This document shows positions 56,996-64,000 of a DNA stretch of 64,000 nucleotides, one piece after another; the stretch's first letter is position 1, and each line of letters begins with the position of its first letter. The DNA is from Spirochaetia bacterium (GTDB lineage: Bacteria > Spirochaetota > Spirochaetia > SZUA-6 > Bin103). The notes beneath the pieces were generated by a model that worked only from the letters and a program-made list of their open reading frames with translations, was not told the origin of the DNA and made no database searches. The translations under genes and the position numbers were made by a program. Where the stretch lies: assembly GCA_965203515.1 (NCBI GenBank), contig OZ241907.1:3488001-3552000 (forward strand), given 5' to 3'.

Positions 56996-58585
56996 GTGAC
57001 CACCGATCAGGCGTCGCCGTGCACGATGGTGATCTTCGGCGCGTCGGGCGACCTGACGGCGCGCAAGTTGATCCCGGGACTCTACGAGTTGCATCGGCGC
57101 GGCCTGTTGCCGGACCGGTTTGCGGTGCTCGGCGCCGGCCGCACCGGCATGAGCGACGACCGGTTCCGCCGGGCGATGCGGGCGGCGCTGCAGGACGGCG
57201 CCGGCGGCCAGCCGCCGGTGGCGCTGGATCGGTTTCTCGGCACGCTGCACTACCAGCAGCTCGACACCGGTTCCGCCGACGGGTACGGAAAGCTGGCCGA
57301 GCGGTTGCAGGCGGTCGACGCCGCGGCCGGCACCGGCGGCAACTTCGTCTACTACCTGGCGACGCCGCCGAGCCTCTTCGAGCCGATCGCCGGCGGCCTG
57401 GCCGGCGCCGGCTTGACCGCGGGGCGGGACGGCGGGTGGCGGCGGCTGATCGTGGAGAAGCCGTTCGGCTACGACCTGGAATCGGCGCGCCGGCTGAACG
57501 AGCGGCTGCACACGTGGTTTACGGAGCGGCAGATCTACCGGATCGACCATTACCTGGGGAAGGAGACGGTCCAGAACGTGCTGGTCCTGCGGTTCGCGAA
57601 CGAGGTGTGGGAGCCGCTCTGGACGCGCGCCACGATCGACATGGTGGAGATCACCGGCGCCGAGCAGGTCGGGGTGGAGCAGCGCGGCGGCTACTACGAC
57701 GGATCGGGCGCGCTGCGCGACATGGTGCAGAACCACCTGCTGCAGGTGGTCGGCATGATCGCCATGGAGCCGCCGGCGCACTTCCTGCCGAGCGCGGTGC
57801 GCAATGAGACGGTGAAGGTGTTCGACTCGTTGCGGCCGATCGCCCCGTCGCAGGTGGTCGAGCAGGTGGTGCGCGGCCAGTACACCGGATCGCTCACCAC
57901 GGACGGCGCGCTGGCCGGCTACCGAGAGGAGGCGGGCGTGCCGCGCGGCTCGCGCACGGAGACCTACGTGGCGCTGCGGTTCTACATCGACAATCGGCGC
58001 TGGGCGGGCGTGCCGTTTCTGGTGCGGACCGGCAAGCGGCTGCCGGCGCGGGTGACGGAGATCGTCATTCACTTCAAGCAGGTGCCGCATCATCTGTTCG
58101 GCACGCCGCCGGCCTCGGTGACCTCCGGCGTCCCCGACCCGGCCGGTGACGGCCGTCACGCGGTGTCGGCGGCGGCGGCGGAGGCCAGCAAGCTGATCAT
58201 CCGCATCCAGCCGGACGAGGCGATTCAGCTTCGCTGCAACGTGAAGCTGCCCGGGGCCGGGTTCGCCGTGCGTCAGGTGGCGATGGACTTCCGCTACGCC
58301 GATCTTGCCGACGCCTACCTGCCGGACGCCTACGAGCGGCTGCTGCTGGACGGCATGATCGGCGACGCGACGTTGTACGCGCGCGCCGACGCGATCGAGT
58401 CGTGCTGGGAGTTCGTGACGCCGATCCTGACCGCCTGGCGGGAACGGCCCGGCATCCCCCTGCACGGCTACCCGGCCGGAAGCTGGGGGCCGGCCGCCGC
58501 CTCGGGGCTGTTCGAGCGCCGCGGCCACGACTGGCACTCCCCCATGCCCTCGCTCAGCGAGCCCGGCGGCCGCGTCGATCTGTAG
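56996..58585 (+). CDS. zwf: Glucose-6-phosphate 1-dehydrogenase
   Basis: GASGDL, EKPFG, RIDHYLGKE, RDMVQNH, RWAGVPF..RTGK, AYERLL. Confidence 0.96.
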   Translation: MTTDQASPCTMVIFGASGDLTARKLIPGLYELHRRGLLPDRFAVLGAGRTGMSDDRFRRAMRAALQDGAGGQPPVALDRFLGTLHYQQLDTGSADGYGKLAERLQAVDAAAGTGGNFVYYLATPPSLFEPIAGGLAGAGLTAGRDGGWRRLIVEKPFGYDLESARRLNERLHTWFTERQIYRIDHYLGKETVQNVLVLRFANEVWEPLWTRATIDMVEITGAEQVGVEQRGGYYDGSGALRDMVQNHLLQVVGMIAMEPPAHFLPSAVRNETVKVFDSLRPIAPSQVVEQVVRGQYTGSLTTDGALAGYREEAGVPRGSRTETYVALRFYIDNRRWAGVPFLVRTGKRLPARVTEIVIHFKQVPHHLFGTPPASVTSGVPDPAGDGRHAVSAAAAEASKLIIRIQPDEAIQLRCNVKLPGAGFAVRQVAMDFRYADLADAYLPDAYERLLLDGMIGDATLYARADAIESCWEFVTPILTAWRERPGIPLHGYPAGSWGPAAASGLFERRGHDWHSPMPSLSEPGGRVDL

Positions 58586-58605
58586 GCCGGCCTCGGTCGG
58601 CCCGA

Positions 58606-60189
58606 TCACATCCCCCATACGGTGACGGGCGGGCCGCCGGCGGTTTCGCGGCGCCGGAACAGCTTGGCGGCCCACGGCTTGCCGGCGGTGCGGTCGAAGA
58701 TGACCAGGTGGGCCTCGCCGGCGGCGCACCGGTCGAGATAGGCGCGGGTCTGCGTCAGCCCGCTCGCCAGCGTCCGTTCCAGGCTGCCGTGCAGCAGCTT
58801 GCATTCGATCACGATCTTCTGCACGGCGGCGCCGGCCGGCCAGACGATCAACAGATCGGTCCGCATCCGGCCCAGGCCGTACTCGCGTTCGATCCGGCCG
58901 CCACTGTTGACGATGCGGTGCAGAAACGCCTGCAGCAACAACTGCGGTCCCGCCTCCCGGTACTGAAACCGCTCGACCCAGTGCTCGGAATGCTCGCGAA
59001 AGAACTCCTGAAACGCCGCCAGCAGCTTGTCCGCCTGCAGGCGGCCGCCGCGCTCGACGTACCACGCCGCGTCGGCGGCAAGCGTCGCCTCGGTGGTGTA
59101 GGTGAGCTCGCGCGGGATCACCTCCTGGTACAACGGATTGGCGATCGATACGGCCCCGTCGATCCGGATGAGCCCCAGGTCGCGCACGTATTCCAGGTCG
59201 TCGCGCGGCAGGTCAGCGGCGGACTGGCCGCCGCTGAGGAGCAACTCTATGACGCTGCGGACGCGCGGTTCGGCCAGCTTGTCGGCGAGCTGGTCCAGGT
59301 GCGTGTCGCGGCGCAGGATGATCCGCTCGCACGCCTCATCGACCGCGGCGACCGGCACCGGCCGCCCGCGGTCGGGCAGGCGCTCGACCGCCTCCTGCGC
59401 GAGCGCGTTGACCAGCCAGGGCTGCCCGTTGGTGAGCGACCAGATGCGGCGCTCCGCTTGCTCCGCCCACGGCTGCCCGGTCGCCGCGGTATGTTGCGCG
59501 AGCAGCAGCCGGACTTCGTCGTACGAGAAGTCGCCCAGCCGTAGCGAGGCCGCCTTGACGTTGAAGGCGCTGCCGCCGGTCACGACCGCCTGCTCCCGGG
59601 TCGATCGAATCCGATAGTCGCGCACGTCGCGCACGCCGCAGAGAATCACGCTCTGGGGATAGCGGCGCGGCCGGTCGGGGTAGCCGTTGCGGAGTTGCCG
59701 GAGCACCGCGATCAGCGTGTCCCCCACCAGTGAGTCGACCTCGTCGATCAGCAGCACCAGCGGCTTGGGAGCCGCCTCCGCCCAGAGGGTGAGCGCCTTC
59801 AACAGAGCGCCCAGGCCGCCCGCCGTTGCCAGGGCCGCCGGCCAGATGCCGGCCAGCGAGCCGTCTCCCAGCGTGCGCTCGGCCTCCACCGACAGCCGGT
59901 CCAGAATCGCCCGCATCGCCGCGGTCACGTCGTCGCGGGCCGCCTGCCCGATCTCCACGTTCACGTAGACGCAGTGACATTCGCCGCCGTCGTTCAACGC
60001 GTCGCGCAACGCCAGCAGCGCCGTGGTCTTGCCGGTCTGGCGCGGCGCATGCAGGACGAAGTAGCGCCACTGGCCGATCAGGCGCAGGACCCCGTCGAGG
60101 TCGATGCGCCCGAGCGGCGGGACGTGGTAATGGCGCTCCGGCTTGATCGGGCCTTCGGTGCAGAAGAAGCGGTCCGCGGTCATCGTCAA
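58606..60189 (-). CDS. AAA-like ATPase with C-terminal PD-(D/E)xK-like domain
   Basis: HAPRQTGKT, LIDEVD, GGSAFN, GQPWLVN; EREY..RTDL..VIECK; start may be ATG 60183. Confidence 0.88.
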   Translation of the reverse strand: MTMTADRFFCTEGPIKPERHYHVPPLGRIDLDGVLRLIGQWRYFVLHAPRQTGKTTALLALRDALNDGGECHCVYVNVEIGQAARDDVTAAMRAILDRLSVEAERTLGDGSLAGIWPAALATAGGLGALLKALTLWAEAAPKPLVLLIDEVDSLVGDTLIAVLRQLRNGYPDRPRRYPQSVILCGVRDVRDYRIRSTREQAVVTGGSAFNVKAASLRLGDFSYDEVRLLLAQHTAATGQPWAEQAERRIWSLTNGQPWLVNALAQEAVERLPDRGRPVPVAAVDEACERIILRRDTHLDQLADKLAEPRVRSVIELLLSGGQSAADLPRDDLEYVRDLGLIRIDGAVSIANPLYQEVIPRELTYTTEATLAADAAWYVERGGRLQADKLLAAFQEFFREHSEHWVERFQYREAGPQLLLQAFLHRIVNSGGRIEREYGLGRMRTDLLIVWPAGAAVQKIVIECKLLHGSLERTLASGLTQTRAYLDRCAAGEAHLVIFDRTAGKPWAAKLFRRRETAGGPPVTVWGM

Positions 60190-60428
60190 GGCTCGCCGGT
60201 CACCGGTCTTGGTTCATCACTTTGTGCTGCACTCTGCAGCTACGTCAAACTCGCGACCTGCCGTGATAGCCTGCCGAGCCTACGGGCATGCATGTTCTCC
60301 TTTTCGGTACGCATATGGGTGATCGGCATGGCGGCGGCGCTCGGTAGCGCGGCCTGCGCCGCCGGGCAGCCGTTGGAGGGTTCCGGGGAGCCGCCGTTCC
60401 GCCTCAGCGAGGCGATTGACAGGCGGTC

Positions 60429-61112
60429 TCATCGTTCCTTCCAGCCGAACTTGCGGGCCGCCTCCGCCGCCGAGAACTCGGCGCTCGCGGCGAATCGGCG
60501 CCTCTCGTTCTCCTGGTCGATCACCGACTGCACGGCGGCCAGCGTCTCCTCGGCCCGGTCGAGCGGAACCCGCACGCAGCCGTTGCGGTCGGCCATGACC
60601 AGGTCGCCGGGGCGGATGCGGAGCTGACCCACCGTGACCGGCGCGCCCAGGCGCACCGCGCTGAATCGGCCGTGTCCGGGTACCTCCCCCCAGGCGAACA
60701 CCGGCAGGCCGATCTCGCGGATGCCGTCCAGGTCGCGGACCGTGCCTTCGACGATCACCCCCGCGACGCCGAGTCGGCGGTGCATGGCCGCCATCACGTC
60801 CCCGAACGACGCGCCGCGGCCCGGCCGGCTGTCGGCGTCGCGCATGACCACGATGTGCGGCCCTTCGGTCTCTTCGAGATGGCGGTAGTGACCGCGCCAG
60901 CTCACCTCGGGCGGATCCGGGTCGTTGGTGGTCAGCTCCACGGTGGCCGCGTAGCCGATGACGCTGCCCAGCTCGGGCAGCAGGCAGCGGATCGTGTGGT
61001 CGGTGTATTCCTCGTTCGGCAGGCCGAAACGCGCGACCATGGCGTTGAACACGGTCGGCGTGTCGTGCGCTGCCAGCCCTGCGAAGACGTGGTCGGGTAG
61101 CCGTTGCATCAC
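60429..61112 (-). CDS. RraA/HMG aldolase-like family protein
   Basis: DTPTV.N, GYAAT, FGDVM, GTVRD, IRPGDLV.AD.NG. Confidence 0.85.
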   Translation of the reverse strand: MMQRLPDHVFAGLAAHDTPTVFNAMVARFGLPNEEYTDHTIRCLLPELGSVIGYAATVELTTNDPDPPEVSWRGHYRHLEETEGPHIVVMRDADSRPGRGASFGDVMAAMHRRLGVAGVIVEGTVRDLDGIREIGLPVFAWGEVPGHGRFSAVRLGAPVTVGQLRIRPGDLVMADRNGCVRVPLDRAEETLAAVQSVIDQENERRRFAASAEFSAAEAARKFGWKER

Positions 61113-61195
61113 GGCGGGATAGTGCCACCGCCGCGGCGGTCGTGCCTACCGCCGCCTGTCCGGCGGCCGCGTCCCGGCCGGCGCCCGATCGCCCG

Positions 61196-62659
61196 TTACC
61201 CGGCGATCGCGGCCAGCGCCTGCGCGGAATCGACCGACAGGTCGATCGCCAGCGCCAGATAGGCGCGTCCCAGCGCGTGGACGGCCGCCCGCGCGGCGTC
61301 CTCGGCTTCCTGCAACGGCAGCGCCGCATCGGCCAGCGCCGCGTCGCTGATCGCTCCGGCGGCGTGCCGGCGCGCCGCCTGCTCGGCCTGCAGGGCGGCG
61401 CGCTCGCGGCGCAGCACGGCCAACTCGTCGGCGGCGATCGCCCGCCGCAAGTCGAGCCGGGTCCGTTCCAGGCCGCTCTGAGCCGTGTTCCGCGCCGTGC
61501 GCAACGACCGACGCGCCGCGTCGACCTGCTCCTCCGCCTGTTGGACCGCGACCTCCCGCCGGCCGCTGTCGTACAGCGTATAGCTGCCGGTCAGCGAAAG
61601 GCTCAGCCGCCCCAGGCCGGGCGCGCCCCGGCTCTTGGTGTAGTCCAGGCTCACGGCAAGCGCCGGCAGCCATCCGCGCCGCGCCTGCTCCAACCGCAGC
61701 TCCGCGGCGGCCAGTTGCGCCTGCGCCTCCAGCACCGCCAGGAAGTCATCGGCGCCGGCGGTCGCCGCCGGCGCGTCCAGCAACGCCAGCGCCGCACGGC
61801 GTAGCGCGTCCGCGTCGACCGCCGGCGCGACCAGCGCCGTCTGCGGCAGCTCCAGATCGGCGAAGAACGCCGCCCCGTCCAGGGCCAGCGCCGCGCGCGC
61901 GTCGGCGACGGCGTTGCGCCGTTCGACCGCGGCGATGCGGGCGTTCAGCAGGTCGATCGGGTCCGCGGCCCCCTGGTCGGCGAGCGACCGGGTGTTGGCC
62001 AGCTCTCGCTCCGCGGCGGCCAGCCGTTCCTGTGATACGGCCAGCGCGGCGGTCCGTTCGATCAGGCTCAGAAAGGTCCGGGCGACCTGCTGCGTCACGT
62101 CGCTCCGCGCGCGCAACAGACGGAGCTGCGCCAGGCGCAGGTCGTCGCGGCGGCCGGCAAGGGCCGCCGCGGCCGGCGCCAGCGGTCCGGCCGGCAGCAG
62201 GTCCTGCGAGATCGACAGGCTCTGGGCGTCCGTGTAGCGCTCCTCCGCGGTGGACCCGAAATCGTCCAGATCGTCCAGTTCGACGCCGGCGGTATAGGAG
62301 CCGGCGATCGTCATGCCCCACGGCAGATCGACCTGGGCCGATACCGTGGCGCTCGTATCGGCGTCGAAGGTATCGACCACGTCGCTGAACTCGCCGTCTT
62401 CCCACGGCGCCAGGTGCACCGACCCGGATGCCGGCGTGGCGCGCAACGACACGGTCACGTCGCCGTGGTCGATCTCCGCCATGCGCAAGGCGAGCGCCGC
62501 GGACTGCACGGCCGCCTGCGCCTGCACCACCGACGGATGCGAGGCGAGCGCGGCGTCGATCGCCCGTGCCAGACCGATCCCTTCCTGAGCCGCGGCCGGC
62601 AGCGCCGTGATCGCCAGGGCAGCCAGCGCCGGCGCCAGCAGCCGGAGGCGTACGCTCAC
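61196..62659 (-). CDS. TolC family outer membrane protein
   Basis: Signal peptide, AIDAAL..HP, helical repeats, LPALAVSL..Y.LYDSG; GTG overlaps the upstream stop. Confidence 0.78.
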   Translation of the reverse strand: MSVRLRLLAPALAALAITALPAAAQEGIGLARAIDAALASHPSVVQAQAAVQSAALALRMAEIDHGDVTVSLRATPASGSVHLAPWEDGEFSDVVDTFDADTSATVSAQVDLPWGMTIAGSYTAGVELDDLDDFGSTAEERYTDAQSLSISQDLLPAGPLAPAAAALAGRRDDLRLAQLRLLRARSDVTQQVARTFLSLIERTAALAVSQERLAAAERELANTRSLADQGAADPIDLLNARIAAVERRNAVADARAALALDGAAFFADLELPQTALVAPAVDADALRRAALALLDAPAATAGADDFLAVLEAQAQLAAAELRLEQARRGWLPALAVSLDYTKSRGAPGLGRLSLSLTGSYTLYDSGRREVAVQQAEEQVDAARRSLRTARNTAQSGLERTRLDLRRAIAADELAVLRRERAALQAEQAARRHAAGAISDAALADAALPLQEAEDAARAAVHALGRAYLALAIDLSVDSAQALAAIAG

Positions 62660-63717
62660 CGAGCCTCCCAGATCGCCAGGACGTCGGTCCCGGCCGCGTC
62701 GTGCAATCGGATCCACGCGAAGTAGGCGGACCAGCGCGCCGCGCGCAGCGAATTGTGCGCGTCTACCAGGTCGGCCTGCGAAGAGGCGAGCTGCGATTCG
62801 GTGAGCAGGCCGGCGTCGAACTGCTCGCGGGTGCGGCGGGTGTTCTCCTGCTGCAGCTCGAGCTGCAGCTCGCGCAGCGTCACCGTCCCGAACGCCTGTC
62901 CGGCGTTGGCGTACGCGCTGGCGGTGGCGCGCTGCAGGTCGGACGCGGTCGTCGCCACGTTGGCGCGGCTGCTGGCCACGGTGTTGGTAGCGGTCTGCAG
63001 GTCGAGGCTGGAGGTGCTCTGCATCGACTTCAGCTGCAGGTCGAGCTCGTCGATCTCGAGCTGCCGGGCCGCATGGTCGTGCTCCGGCCGCCCTGCGGTG
63101 GTCGCCAGATAGAAGTCGAGGGCGCCCAGCTCGGGCGTCTCCGGCGGCTGCGAGACGAGCTCCGCCGCGTCGAGTACGGCGGTGCCGATGCCGGTCGTCG
63201 CCGCGAAGTTGGGCAGCGTGGTGAACTGGCGCCGGTTGCTCGCGCCGGTCAGGTTCAGCTCGGCGCTGAGCGCCGCCACGCGCGCCTGCAGCTCGGTGAC
63301 CGGACTGGCGGCGCCGATGCTCACCCGCTCGGACGACTGTTGCAGGTCGATCTGCGCCAGGCGCAGGCGCTCTTCCAGCATGCTCACGTTCTCGTTCTCC
63401 TGTTGCAGGCCGACGTACGCCTCCGCGATCGACAGCAGCTCGCGTACCGTACCTTGACGATAGTTGAGTTGCGCGCGTTCCCACTGCAGCGCCGCACTCA
63501 TCCGATCGATGCGCGCGTCCGATCCGGCCAGGGATCGGGTGTGAGCGACGCGCGCGTTATCCCGTTGCAGCGCCAGCGACTGCAGCGTGGGATTGGCCGT
63601 CTGGGCGGTCTCGAGCGCGTGGATGGTGGTGAGGTCCGCCGGCTCCTGAGCGGCGGCGGGCAGCGCGAGCGCCGCCAGCAGGGCGATGAGGACCGGTAGC
63701 AGGGTGCGAGTGTTCAT
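62656..63717 (-). CDS. Short TolC-like protein
   Basis: GGAGG RBS, signal peptide, ALE.A..NP, two helical OEP-like halves (IGAAS..EL, AGLL..L). Confidence 0.72.
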   Translation of the reverse strand: MNTRTLLPVLIALLAALALPAAAQEPADLTTIHALETAQTANPTLQSLALQRDNARVAHTRSLAGSDARIDRMSAALQWERAQLNYRQGTVRELLSIAEAYVGLQQENENVSMLEERLRLAQIDLQQSSERVSIGAASPVTELQARVAALSAELNLTGASNRRQFTTLPNFAATTGIGTAVLDAAELVSQPPETPELGALDFYLATTAGRPEHDHAARQLEIDELDLQLKSMQSTSSLDLQTATNTVASSRANVATTASDLQRATASAYANAGQAFGTVTLRELQLELQQENTRRTREQFDAGLLTESQLASSQADLVDAHNSLRAARWSAYFAWIRLHDAAGTDVLAIWEAR

Positions 63718-64000
63718 GTTTCCTCCAACAAAGGTCGTCCGCGGTGGCCTTGTCCACGTCCCGCGGCCGGGGTCGAGGCGAGATCAGCCGCTTCGTCCAT
63801 TATACGGCTTTGCTCGGCGCCGTCCGAAGTGGGGCGGGCCGCAATCAGGCGGGCCGGGATCGTGAGCACGAACGTCGTGCCCGGAGCGGCGCTCCGGTCG
63901 ACGTCGAGGCTCCATCCGTGCGCGTCGGTGATGCTCCGGGCGATCGACAGCCCCAGCCCGAAGCCGGACGAGGTGCCGGAGCCGCGGTAGAACGGATCGA
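63714..64000 (-). CDS. Sensor histidine kinase, C-terminal HATPase end (truncated by window edge)
   Basis: DPFYRG..GFGLGLSIA..I.DAHG..GTTF (F and G2 boxes); TGA overlaps the tolC-like ATG. Confidence 0.85.
   Translation of the reverse strand, partial: DPFYRGSGTSSGFGLGLSIARSITDAHGWSLDVDRSAAPGTTFVLTIPARLIAARPTSDGAEQSRIMDEAADLASTPAAGRGQGHRGRPLLEET

Overview
High-GC bacterial chromosomal window with no rRNA, tRNA or CRISPR array recognised. The core content is metabolic: a sugar ABC/ROK/class II aldolase cluster with upstream oxidoreductases and a SelA-like PLP enzyme, a menaquinone operon (menG-F-D-H-B-A-E, no menC), a TPP-riboswitch-controlled thiamine ABC transporter, Lhr helicase, nagA, amt, a VOC/SDR/fused E1/LarA-like operon, zwf, and two tandem TolC-like genes behind a truncated histidine kinase. 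Accessory genes are interspersed: an Rpn nuclease with an apparent internal antitoxin start, two CotH-kinase genes (one split at an A7 run), two AAA+PD-(D/E)xK genes, a bacterial cereblon, and a GSGY-repeat lipoprotein. The best candidate for an undescribed system is a lower-GC, translationally coupled three-gene cassette (39749-42958): ParB/Srx-fold protein, atypical PD-(D/E)xK-like protein, and SPPY amino-methyltransferase, slotted inside a sugar operon. Also notable are a decayed BrnT / BrnA-fused GHKL(sacsin-like)-helicase locus, and a leaderless HNH gene followed by a long hairpin. A 126-bp copy of that HNH domain sits 20 kb away at the break point of a truncated ABC permease. All calls are by eye from motifs; no searches were run.
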